Shown: positions 39,132 through 51,240 of the stretch, piece after piece
How positions within the stretch are numbered: the stretch's first letter is position 1
Layout of the letters: every line of letters starts with the position of its first letter
Assembly (NCBI GenBank): GCA_024137785.1
Contig: JAHRHZ010000062.1
Location: forward strand, 35,565,232-35,629,231
DNA from: Ginglymostoma cirratum
Lineage: Eukaryota
Direction: 5' to 3'
Length of the DNA: 64,000 nucleotides
Notes under the pieces: generated by a model
The model's input: only the letters and a program-made list of their open reading frames with translations
Told to the model about the DNA's origin: nothing
The model's database searches: none
Program-made: the position numbers and the translations under genes

Positions 39132-39231
39132 NNNNNNNNNNNNNNNNNNNNNNNNNNNNNNNNNNNNNNNNNNNNNNNNNNNNNNNNNNNNNNNNNNNNN
39201 NNNNNNNNNNNNNNNNNNNNNNNNNNNNNNN
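39132..39231. other. Assembly gap (100 N)
   Basis: Run of exactly 100 n. Confidence 1.
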
Positions 39232-41328
39232 CTAGCAGCATCATAGGAGCAGGAAAACTTGACGTTTCGGGCCTAAACCCTTCATCAGAAATGGGGGAGG
39301 GGAAGAGGGTTCTGAAATAAATAGGGAGAGAGGGGGAGGCGGATAGAGGATGGATAGAGGAGAGGATAGGTGGAGAGGAGGCAGACAAGTCGAAGAGGCA
39401 GGGATGGAGCCAGTAAAGGTGAGTGTAGGTAGGGGGGAACTAATTCAGTTTCTTTATTTAATCATAGTCATTGTATTTTTGGAATTGTATTACGAGAAGG
39501 TTATACGTGCAGTGAAAATATGATTAGATTTTTTAGAAAGAGCTAAGATCGTTACGAAGTGATGGAAAAGATGTATTAAAGCATTCTATTGAGGTAATTA
39601 TTGATAGATTAGTTTCACCAGTCAGCAAGCTTGCACAAGAATGTAAGATAATTGGAATGAGAATTAAAGAGGAGGAAACATTTTTTTAAGCAGAGTTGTT
39701 AAAATTCTCTTCTGTCACAAACCATTGCTGAAGTAAATTCTATAAATTCTATGAAATGAGTATTTGATAGTTACTTTTACGAAATAAGCATTTGATAGTT
39801 ACTTGAAAAACAGGCATGTTAATGGATCTGCGAGCAGATGAAGGGAGGAGATATTTGCAAGATTGAATGCTTGTTTGAAGAATTAAGTATTCAGCAATTT
39901 TCAGCAAGAGGAGCAAGAGATAGGAAGATTAAAGGCAGGAGTGCAAGACTTAAGGGTCATAGCTCAGAGTTCAAAAGATAATGTGGTAGGAGCCTGACAC
40001 TGGTCAGGCCGTCAGTCAGAAATACAAAGACTAAGTGTTAGCAGCATCAGGATCGCCTGGCTGGAAGCCTGAGTGGCACAACAGGAGTCAATAACACAGC
40101 ATATCATCACCCAGTTACAAAAAAGGTATGAGGATGAAATACATCTTGGGAGGTCGAGCAAAATAGAAGGAACAAATTGGCAATCCGTTTTACGCTGTAC
40201 CCAATTTTCTGCTTCATTGATTGTGATAGTGTGGAGCGTGTAAAACGGGTTATCTGTTTTATACCGCCTGTTTTGCGTTACCACTCAAGACAGATTTGAC
40301 TCTTGAATTTTCTATGAACTGGATTATTATTTATGCTGTTTTTGAAAGTACTACTTCATTGTTAATAACTTTAAAGATTATACCGTATTATATTCTGACA
40401 ACTCGATAATTAAAATAAAAATTCAAATTGGGGCTGTTGTAACAAGATGATTTAAATTTAAAACAGGCAGTCACAAATGGTTGCACAAAATGGTAACAGT
40501 GAGCCTTTTCTATGAAAGCCATTTGCGTTGAGGTGAACACCAAGAGTATGGAAGAAGAGGAAATGATCAAATTTAAATGTACAGGTTTTATTCCAAATTG
40601 TCAGAAACCCTTTCAGTCAAACCTAGCAGTAAATGACACTTAAGAGCAAATTTTGCAAGACTCCATGGAGGCACAGAGCCGTGTTCAATGAGAATTGAGA
40701 TTAGAGATTTGGCATAATATTAGCTCACCTGAGCACAACAGCCCCAATTTTCTGGTGATTAATTTGATTGAATTATTTCGAGTAATTAATCAGTAAAGGT
40801 TGTCACCATGAAGTAGTATTTTTCTCTCTCCATGAGATCTGATGCTCCATCTGGCAGTCCGGTGAAGAGCTGACATAATTGTGCAGATAGAAGACAGTGA
40901 GAGTCACTGCCTTATTGCTGAAACTACAGAGCTAGAATCTCCTTTACACTGTTGAATATAATGAAACCACCATTCCCAACTAGAATGGAGATGTTTGGTT
41001 CATTTTCCCTCTCAAGAATTCTGAGACCACACTGCTGTAGGTGACTGAGATTGACTTTTTTTATGCATAGTTTGTATTATCCTCCATTTACATCAGTTTG
41101 CTGGGGAATTACCTGTTTGTTAAAGGAAGTTGCTGCAGTTTCAGTTACGAATTGTGTGCTGTGTTTTATAGAAATTCTTTCTAAGTAGACCCTGTGGACA
41201 GTTTGCTGTTGTTCACCCGAAACAATAGACTACCAAATAAATAGATTTAATTTGAGGCCTGCTGTTTTCCTACCCTGTGTTCAATCCTTTGGCTGGCTGC
41301 GATTCAGTAGATGCATTACTCTTGCATT

Positions 41329-42178
41329 TTTTTTTAATTTGTTCATGGGACATGGGCAGCACTCGGGTCTGCCATTTATTGCCTGTCCCTAGTTGCCCTT
41401 GGGAAGGTGGTGGCATACTGCCTTCTTGAACTGCTGCAGTCCATATTCTGTTGGTAGACCAACAATGCTATTGGTGAGGGAATTCCAGGATTTTGAATCA
41501 ACAACAGTGAAGAAACGGCGATATACTTCTACATCAAGGTGGTGGTGGCTTTGGGAGGAATCTACGGGTGATGGTGTTCCCATGTATTTGCTGCCCTTGT
41601 CCCTCTAGATGGAAGTGGTTATGTGTTTGGAAGGTGCTGTCTGAGGAGCTTTGGTGAATTCCTGCAGTGCATCTTGTAGATAGTACACACTGCTGCTACT
41701 GAGCGTCGGTGGTGAGGGGAGTGGATATTTGTAGATATGGCCCCTTTCGAGCGGGCTGGTTTGTCCTGGATAGTGTCAAGCTTCTTGAGTTTTATTAGAG
41801 TTCACTCGTACAGGCAAGTGGGGAATATTCCGTCACAATCCTGACTTATACCTTGTTGATGATAGACAGACTTTGAAGGGTCAGGAGCCCTATTCAGTGA
41901 TTGCAACACCAGTGAATCTCAAGGGGTGATGGTTGGATTGTCTGTTATTGGAGATAGTCATTGCCTGGTACTTGTGTTACGAATGTTACTTGCCACTTAT
42001 CAGCCTAAGTCTGGATATTGTCCAGATTTTGCTGTATTTGGACATGGACTGCTTCAGTATCTAAGGAGTCATGAATGGTGCTGAACATTGTACAGTCGTC
42101 ACAAACATCCCCACTTCTGCCCTTTTGATGGAGGGCAGGTCTTTGATGAAGGAGCTGAAGATGTTGGGCCTAGGACAC
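41329..42178 (-). mobile_element. 5'-truncated CR1/L2-superfamily LINE (RT C-terminal part plus 3' UTR)
   Basis: Minus ORF fragment 'PNIFSSFIKDLPSIKRAEVGMF' corresponds to the LGPxxFxxFINDL..FADD region; A-rich tail at 41329. Confidence 0.85.
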
Positions 42179-42180
42179 TC

Positions 42181-42365
42181 GGTAAAGATAAAGTAACTAA
42201 GGCTAATGGGCTGCACTCTCGCTGGAGACAGGTGCGACTGGTGGTGGTTTAACCTGCGGATCACCATGCCTCAGGCAAGGGGAGAGGTTGAGAAGGAGAA
42301 TCCTTCATGGTATGTTAACTGGTTGGGAATTGAACCAAGGCTGCTGGCATCACAACTAACTCAGC
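42181..42365 (-). mobile_element. Second tRNA-derived SINE family copy
   Basis: Minus-strand B-box-like 'ggttcaattccc' near 42325-42338; abuts the LINE truncation point. Confidence 0.6.
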
Positions 42366-42840
42366 AGTATATTTCATGTAACTTCCAATGTATTACCAAA
42401 TGTTTTCATTATTCATTTCGTCGACTTAGACAACCTCCAATCTAGCAACATTTCAATTTTAAGCATACAGCTTTGCAATCCAGTTACAACTCAATATTTA
42501 AACTGTGTTCATCTTAGATAAAGCCTATAAATAAACAAAACCTTTAGACAAGCAATTCCAGCCAACTTCAGTATCTTAGAATAATCAAAATAACCGAAGT
42601 AACAGAGTCAGATTTGTTATTCAGTAATAAGTCTGATTTAACATTAATATTGGATGGTATTTTGACAGACCCCTCTCGGATTTGAAGTATATTACATAGA
42701 ATTTAAAGCGCAAAAATATGATGTTCAGCCCAACGGGTGTGATTAGTGACATTTGGTAATGCATAACATGGACCACATACATAACGAATGATTCACTATC
42801 AATGCTGGCAGGCCTATATTCAGCAAAATGGGAGTGTTAG

Positions 42841-43246
42841 CAAATACAAATAGAAAATGCTGGAAATACTGTGTCAGTTTGTCTGCATCTGTGGAGTGGA
42901 AAATGGTCAACGTTTCAGGTCACCCATCCTTCACCAGAATTGTAGGGTTACACCAAACTGTTCCACATAGTGACATCACTGCCCAGCTGGAATGGAGCTG
43001 ATCATGCCTTGAGAGTACAATATTAAAAGTGTTCGCAACTGATCTCATACACACAATTTATATGTCCATATTCTCATTCGTTGAAGTTTGCTGGGAAATA
43101 GCTTGTTCAGATGAAAAATTGTTGTCCTGAAATGTTAATTTTTTTTTTTACTCCACTGATACTGTTTGTCCTGCTGAGTTTCCTCCAGCACTTCCTGTGT
43201 TTTTTTTTAAATTTTAGATTTGCAGCAACCACGGTGCTTTGTTTCT
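42841..43246. mobile_element. Older outward-facing pair of Penelope termini around a spacer of about 160 bp
   Basis: Minus hammerhead relic CTGGTGAAGG..CCTGAAACGTTGAC at about 42905-42940; plus relic at about 43106-43140; 7-bp direct repeat gtgttag on both flanks. Confidence 0.6.
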
Positions 43247-44099
43247 GTGTTAGGGTGCAAATAAATATGTACAGATATGTTATGATTATTAGTAAGTCAT
43301 GTCAATAATTGTAATTCCCCTACTGTAAATATGAGAAAGTCAAAGTGAATCAGGTGTAATTCTGAGATGTGACGCAGGATTACATGCAATGCTCTATAAT
43401 TAAATTTGACGTTGATATAATAAATACTCGTTATACTTTATTTCAAAATGGCACAATACAATTGATTTATTCATTTACATTACCATTTTGCATAGCTTTG
43501 CATAAAATGTTCCTTTCCTCTGTGTGATGTGTACGGATGGACAAGAGAGAAATATTATCACCATCAAAACAGTTAAACTTGTCTGTTTGCATTTGCATTG
43601 TCTTTGCATCTATTTGAGCAAATGTCATCTCATATTAACATGAATTGGGTTCTGTTTCATAGGCCTAGATGGCAGCAAAGTGTAATGAATTAAATTAGTG
43701 TTTTATCTGAAAGGGAGAGTTGTCCAGCAACTACAGTTGTTTCACATTAATTCCTGCCTGAACATCAGGACTGCCTGAGGGAAATTTCTGTTAAATGTAC
43801 GTTTTTAACCAGTCCAGTCACATTGAATTTTGTTATTAATAATGACTGTCATGCAGTGATCACAGTGAACGGCAGGATACAAAATAACTTTGTTGATGTA
43901 CGCAGGAAGGAAAACAGTAAAACTTGGAACTGCCTCAAGCTGGTCCAGTCTATTTTGTAGGTCTGAAAATATCACTCGAATACGAACATATGGTCGAATT
44001 GGGGGATTCTAAAACATATCTGGATTCGCTAGCGTAAGCCGCTCTGTGAGATGTTCAAGGCTCTTCCAAGCAAAAGAAAACTTAAATTAATACCAGCTT

Positions 44100-45540
44100 C
44101 CACCCTCCCTTCTTAAACAGGGGTGTTACATTAGCCATATTCTAGTCCTCTGGAACTGTCCATGACTGCATTGATTCCTGAAAGATCACCACCAATGTCT
44201 CCACAATCTCCTCAGCTATCTCCTTCAGAACTCTGGGGTGTAGTCCATCTGGTCCAGGTGATTTATCTGCCTTCAGACCTTTCAGCTTTCCCAGTAACTT
44301 TCCTTAGTGATGGTGACTACACTCACCTCTTCCCCAACTCTCTCGAAGCTCTGATATGCTACTGGTGTCTTCCACTGTGAAAGCTCAAGCAAAGAACCTA
44401 TTCAGTGACTTCTTTGTTTCCCATTACAACTTCTGCAGCCTCATTTTCCAGCAGTCCAATGTCCAAACATGCCTCTATCTTTATATATCTAAGAAAGACT
44501 CTTGCAGTCTTCTTTTATATTACTAGCTAGCTTACTCTCATATTTCATCTTCTCCCTCCCGATTGCTTTTTTTAGTTCTCCTTTGCTGGTTTTTAAAGGC
44601 TTCACAATTTTCTGGCTTCCTACTAATCTTCACCTCTTTGTATGCTTTTTTTTTCTGCTTCTGTGATGCCCCTGACTTCCCCTGTCAGCCACGGTTGTCT
44701 CATCCTCCCCTTAGTATGTTTCTTCTTCCTTGGGATGAATTTCTGCTGTGCTTCCTGAATTATTCCCAGAAACACCTGCCATTGCTGCTCCACTCTTCCC
44801 TGCTAGGCTCCCCTTTGAATCAATTCTAGCCAGCTCCTCCCTCATGTCTTTATAGTTACCTTTTACTCAATTGTAATACTGTTCTATCTGATTCCAGCTT
44901 CTCCCTGCTCAAACAGCAGGGTGAATTTTATCATATTATGGTCACTTCCCCTTAGGGATTCCTTCACTGAAACTCCCTAACCAAGTCTCCCTCATGATAC
45001 ATCACCAAATCCAGAATTGATTTTTCCCCAGGTGAGTCTACCACAAAAACTCACACACGTTCCACGAATTCCTTTCCTTGAGATCTGCTGTCAGTCTGAT
45101 TTTCCCAATCCACTTGCAAATTGAAGATCCCCCATGATTATTGTAACAGTGCCTTTTTTACACACCCCTTCTACCTCTTGATTTATTTTCTGCCCCACAT
45201 CCTGATTATTGCTGGGAGTCCTGTGGATAAATTCCATCAGCAACCTCAACTCTACTCTCACAGATTCTATGCCTTTTGTCTCGATAGCTCTTCTATTGCT
45301 TTAATTTCTTTTCATTCTAAGAAGGCAACACTGCCCCCCTGACCATTTGCATGTCCTTTCAATAGGACATGCATCTTTGGATATTTAATTCCCAGGCCTG
45401 ATCCTCATGCAGCTACAACTCTGTGATACCCACAACGTCTTACCTGCCAGTTTCAATCTGCACTACAAGCTCGTTCACCTTGTTTCATATACTGTATGCA
45501 TTTAAGTACAGCACCCTCAGTCCTGCATTGACTGCCTGTT
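44100..45540 (-). mobile_element. CR1 LINE ORF2 fragment (endonuclease and tether region)
   Basis: Minus strand at about 44220-44268 reads DKSPGPDGLHPRVLKE; 'atgggggatcttcaat' resembles the APE GDFN motif. Confidence 0.85.
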
Positions 45541-46914
45541 TTCTCCTATCATTCTGATAATGATAGTTTGGGAAATCAGTCATGCAGCACATGTCCTATA
45601 ATGGTTTATAGGTGAACCAGGTAGTTTGAAATAGCTAGCACTGATGTATTTTTACTCCATATTTTATTCTATGTGCAGTTTCTTGGCAGATTTATAAGTA
45701 ACAATTACGTCATGCACTTCTCAGGCACAAACCTACATTTTCAGAATCTCAGAGGGAACCTTATTTCCACCAAAGATCTTACAAAACCGGATCTTTAGGG
45801 GAACTTGACTCTCCAAATGGGGAGACATAGAAAATATTTTGCTAATCTTCACCCATTACACCCCTTCACTCCTCCTCATCTTTCTTAGCCCTGACAACAC
45901 TAAACCATGCAATACCCTATACCCATTCCCATGGCTACTCAGACCCAATGTCAGATTATTGCTGACATCTACCCACCAACCTTTCTCCCTTCGCCTACCA
46001 TGACAATTCATTATGTATCCATAGGTATGCAGGTACATAGGTGAAAAGGTATAGTTCTGTTACTTAAAGCTCTGTGTTGCAAACTACTGTTGATAAAAAC
46101 ACTGTCATTCATATGTGCACACATCACACATTTTGTTGACACTCCTTGATAGATCATGACAGGTTTGACAGTTCAGAGCGGTTTATATACTCTTTATATT
46201 CACAATAAACAGCATCAAACAGCACTTGCACGTACAGCCCTCAGCCCAGCATTCCTAACAAACGCCCCCAAGCAGTAGCTTGCCACCACCCTCCAAGGGG
46301 TCCATGACCTTCATGCTAAGGTGCCCCAGGACCCTACACACTGCAGTATGGGAGCTCTCCAAAGGTATGCCCTGGCAATCCACAAGAAATGCAATGAGAA
46401 CACAACTGCTCTGACTTTGTCTGATCTCTCTGGTTGTTTAAATGTCCCCTCTCAGAAATGGGAGTGCAATGCTCAGGGGCTGTCTTGTGATTTCGGGTCA
46501 CTTTCATCATTTTTGCCCCGTCACCATAGATAGCAGAAATTGGGGCTTACATGTTTGATGATGATGCACATAGAGACTGCTTATTTCAACAACCGATCAC
46601 AAAACTTAGGATGCCACTGAAATGCTGCAGATTGCATCCTTTACGTTTGTGAATGCAGGACAACACCCATCTGTTGTTGAACTTGTTGAATTTTTCCCAA
46701 CACCCCCGGCCCCCTCCACAAAATCAGGATTCCAAATGTAATTGAGTCATTTATTTTGAAAGACAAAGTATTATGAGTAGTTAGCATCCCAGAAAGCCTG
46801 CTTTGCTGTTTCATTTTGCTGTTTCATCCATCAAGGAACACTAACAAAAGCTAAAGTTTGACTGTCTCATTCATTATGGTCCTAAAGTAAATTCAGCTCA
46901 TTCCTGAATATTAG

Positions 46915-47355
46915 GCATGGCTGTGTGTCTGGCAGCCTACCCTCTGAATGTTGTGAGTTCAAATCTCTCCTCAAATACTTGAACATACAATCTGAGCAGA
47001 TCCTTCAGTGCAGGACAAATGAAAGTTGCACAGAGAGTGGAGTTGTGTATCAGATGGGTCATTTAACTGAGACTCCATCTACCCCCTGAAGTGGACATAA
47101 AAGATCTTACTGTACTATTTCAGGAGGAGCAGTGAAGTTTTGTCTGGTCTCCTGGCCAATATTTATCTATTAATACATAAAAACAGATTATATGTTGATT
47201 ATCAAGTTGCTATTTATGGGTTCTGGCTGTGTTAATAGCTAGCCTTGTTTCCAACTTTAAGGCACGAAGTACACTGTCAATATGCTTTGTTCATGATAAA
47301 GGTTTTGGGACTGATTCATATTATGAAATGCACCCTGTAAATGCAAGTCTTCCTT
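46915..47355 (+). mobile_element. Deu-domain SINE (SacSINE1/AmnSINE-like)
   Basis: B-box 'gagttcaaatc'; Deu-like core 'ggacataaaagatc..ctatttcaggaggagcag..cctggccaatatttatc'; tail 'aaatgcaagtctt'. Confidence 0.8.
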
Positions 47356-48764
47356 TACATTTTCCTCTCTGCTTTCCTCCAGAGTTTAAATTTGAACCAT
47401 CCTGCATAAACAAACATTACTGCACAAATCAATATTGATTTGAGAGCACTGACACCAATTATTTTGAGCCCCACTCCTTCCAATTTAACTTCCAAGTCTC
47501 TGCTTTTGCAATAGATTTGATGACAGAATAATTCAACTAGAAAGCATGGAAGTATTACAGCAATAGAAGCAGTTCAATTGAGGAAAAATATTGCAGAGGG
47601 AGGAACTGATTAAGTGGTTTGGATTGGTGCAGAACTAACAGAATGTCAGAATTCATGGCACTCTGATTTTAAGAGTAAATGCCAAAGGAAATATCCAATA
47701 ACTGTTTAAAAAAAAAGTCAGATTTGCACTACCATGGGCGCTGTCTTCACTGCAGGTTAGCAACAAATTGATCTGCTTCGGTAACATCACTTTGGAGACC
47801 AACTAGGCTTTGCTACAGAATCTCACAGTTGCCCAGTTTTTTATCAGTAATATGATGTTTCAACTAGTAGCACTGATGAGCACTTGTGTAACACAGGGCA
47901 CGTTTAAGTCAGTGGTTTTCAAAGTAGGCTTTTGATTACAACTTTACGTTTCCAACTAATATAATGTCAAATCACTTCTGGAATCTGTGATATTGCACAC
48001 TTTTTACAAGGCTGATTTGTAAGTATGCAAGCATGTCTATATAGTGCTGCTATGTGCAGAGATAACCGCTGATATAACTCTCTGCACCACTGACAGCAAG
48101 ATAGCATGCTGAAGGATTGGAGCAAGCACATTAGCACCAGCAAAGGAAGCTTTCACATAAATGTTCATCTCATTTGTAACTCCGTACTGTGTGGATGGTC
48201 CAAATTTGATGCTAAAATAGAGGAATTGGAATTTGTTAAAGGAACAGTAATGCTTCGTAATAAGCAGCGTAATTATTTGATTAAAAAAATGTACGTGCTC
48301 CATATCACTGCACTTTCTCTTCAAATCACGAGGTTTTTTTTGTAAATTTGATGAAAGAAGTGTGTCTCTGATGGTCTTAAGGCTGAGAAATTTTTGTCAA
48401 GGGATTTGTAACAAAATCGGAAAGTTGAGTTCAGATGCTGATCAACCAGGATCAAACTGAATGGCAGAGTGGGCCCAAGGGGCTGAAAGACCTACTTCCA
48501 TTCCATATATTCATCCTAACGTCTCAAGATGCTTTGATTGTTAAAAGTGTTTATTATCACTGTGGATGCATTAGGGGAACTAGAGACTCAGTGGTAGTGA
48601 CCTTATCTATGTACAAGAACGTGCAGGTTGAAATCTCACCTGCCTTGGAGGTGTATAATGTATCCACACTTGTTGCTAGTACTAAGTTTTTTTTTAAATC
48701 ACTGGGTTCGCTCACTACAAATTCAGTGTCACCATGAAGCAAAAAGTTCCAGTTTAGTTTTATA

Positions 48765-48861
48765 GAGTTAAGAAGGTGTAGAGCTGGATGAACACAGCAG
48801 GCCAAGCAGCATCAGAGGAGCAGGAAGGCTGACATTTCGGGCCTAGACCCTTCTTCAGAAA
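48765..48861 (-). mobile_element. 97-bp hammerhead-bearing Penelope-terminus element (family B)
   Basis: 14-bp TSD agtttagttttata (48751-48764 / 48862-48875). Minus strand reads UUU CUGAAGA A GGGUC ua GGCCC GAAAUGUC. Confidence 0.9.
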
Positions 48862-49122
48862 AGTTTAGTTTTATAATCAGCTTTGAACCTACTCTGTGCT
48901 TTTAGAATATAAGATCCTATTTAGTGGCTTGTTGGATAATTTATAGGTTAGACATCACAATAACTTCAGTGTAGAGTCAAACCAAGCTTAAACATGCTAA
49001 GAGGGAACCTGCTGCTGGTCCTCAACACTCTTTGAATCGATTGAGTTAATCTAAATACTTGTGTTGTGATTTTCAGAACGTTAACATGTGAGGCAGAAAG
49101 GGAACTCTACAGCTATCTATAT

Positions 49123-49420
49123 AAAAGAGAATGGTTTGTATTTATGTCACACCACTCATGACCACCAGATGTCCCAAAGTACTTTCCATCCAGTGAATTA
49201 CTTTTAAAAGTGTAGTCACTGTTGATTTGTGAAACAAGACAGCAGCTTGCTCCTGCAGACTTTCATAAACAGCAATGTGATAATGACCAGGTAATCTGGT
49301 TTATCATTTTGACTCATATAAATATTGGCCGAGACCCAAATAGAATTCCCTTGCTATTTTTCAAACTTGTGCCATGGAATCCTTTGTGTCCTTCTTAGAG
49401 GGCAGACCATGCCTATTTGA
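49123..49420 (-). mobile_element. Deu-domain SINE
   Basis: 'gatgtcccaaagtactt...tgtagtcactgtt...aacagcaatgtgataatgaccag...aaatattggcc' is the reverse complement of the Deu SINE. Confidence 0.75.
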
Positions 49421-50114
49421 CATGTTATAGGTTAGAGAAGCCTTTATTTGTTTAGTTCCATCGTTTCAAGAAAATGTATCGCCTAGTGCTTCTATTTCTT
49501 CTTTCCTTTCGAATTCTTGAAGCCATGTTGTAACTATTTGCATCTGGCCATTAATATGTTCCCAGGATAGTACCCTAATTAAAATGAAGACCAACATCAG
49601 TATAATTTCAAGATCTGCAGTTTCTGATATATTGATATCAGTAAAAGTTTATTGTGCGAAAGAAACATTTTCCTCCTCTTTATCGTCTCCTTTAGTGGGA
49701 TTGCACAAGTGCCATTCTCATAACTCGGCTTTTTTAGTTTAAAAGAATTTTGTAAGGATATGTGTCATTAGATTATAGTTTTTTCCTGGTTTTAATTAGC
49801 AAGTGTTACCCCATCAGTATCGTCTTTGTTTTCAGCAACGAAATACTGAGATTGATTGCCTACCCACAGTTATTGATTCTGTGGGCTTTACAGGTTCTGG
49901 TACTTCAAAGAAAGTGCCATCTTTCAAAAGAAAGGCTTGGACATCAGCTCACATAAACAAAACAAATCAAATGTTGGAAACACAGTGTCACATTATCTGT
50001 GGTGAGAGGAAAAACATTAACATTTCGCAGGTAAAACTGAAATAGAATTGAGAATTTTTACAGATAAATAGGTTATTTGGAAAAACAAAAGTGAGGAAAA
50101 AATGTGCTTGGCAA

Positions 50115-50610
50115 ATATAGCAAGAGTAGGCCATTCAGCCCCTCTAGCTGTAAAAATTATTCGATGAGATTATAGCTGTTCTGTGCCTTAACTCCATATA
50201 CCTACCTTTGGCCCACATATCTTAGTGGTTTAACAAAAATTTATCTATCTCTCATATAAATTAACAACCTATCCAACATCCACTGCTGATTTGTGGAAGA
50301 GTATTCCAAACATCTACCACCTGTGTGTTGAAGTGCTTCCGAACATCTCTCCTGAATGGTCTGGCCCTGTGCTCTGACTAAATCCCTTCAGTCAAGAATC
50401 CTCAACCGATGGAAATAGTTTAGTTTTACCCACGCTGTTTTGTGCTGTTACTATCTTGAAAGCTTCAATCAGAATATCCCATAACCTTCTAAATTCTATA
50501 AAACTCAGACCTAATTTGTCTTATCTCTTCGTAACAATCCCCAAAGTCCAGGGATTGTTCTTGTAAACCTACATTGTACTCCCTCCAAGGCCAATGTATG
50601 CTTTACATAT
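50115..50610 (-). mobile_element. CR1 LINE 3' fragment
   Basis: 'gagtaggccattcagcccctc...tgtggaagagtattcca...ccttctaaattc' is a typical CR1 tail in reverse. Confidence 0.8.
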
Positions 50611-50639
50611 CACATGGACAAATTCATAATCTGAGCAAT

Positions 50640-51240
50640 AGGGTGAGGAGCCGAGTGTCAGGCAATCCAGGCTGTTTTCCTCCTGGATTGAGGAAGAGGC
50701 AGGTATTAAGGGAGTTGAAAGCACAGTCATTCTTTTTGGTGAAGTTGGGGAGGTGTCCCGAGTGAGTGAGTAGGAAGCACAGAGCGTATGCGGTGTTGGA
50801 GCTGTTGGGGGTCAAGGTAGGTGAGAGTGAGTGAGGGAAGATGATAGAGCATGAGTTTTGGTGAGAGGTGGTTAATTGGAAAGATCAAGTGAATATGAGG
50901 TGTCGGTGAGCAGATGGTGGCATATACACTATTGGAGTGGAGAAGGCCATTGACATTTTTCCTACACTTCTCGTATTTGCGCAGAGGCTGAGACTGCATG
51001 GATCCGGGTAGCAATCCCAGACAAGACTGGCATGGTCTAATGTCATGACCTCCTCTGCAGGTCCAGCGGGAAAAAATCATCCCACACCACCACCACATCC
51101 ATCAGGACCTCAGTGTTCCTGCCTGCAAAGTAAGGTGCCAGTTATCCCTTGTCTGCCATGTCTGAGGAAAATTTCAGGAGCTTTGTAGGGCAGCTTCAGA
51201 GTAACAGAGCTTGCCTAAGGATGGCCAAGGATACTGGTCA
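50640..51240 (-). mobile_element. Possible decayed PIF/Harbinger-type transposon (Myb/SANT-like ORF relic)
   Basis: Minus ORF 50727..51098 contains 'EKCRKNVNGLLHS', resembling the QCRKKxNDL helix of Myb/SANT-like Harbinger proteins; local GC content rises. Confidence 0.4.

Larger units (their letters stand above)
38930..39436 (-). mobile_element. Penelope 3' terminus (family B), present twice across a 100-N gap
   Basis: Reverse complement of the sequence at 60590-60822. About 38968-39131 is repeated at about 39234-39397. Confidence 0.9.
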
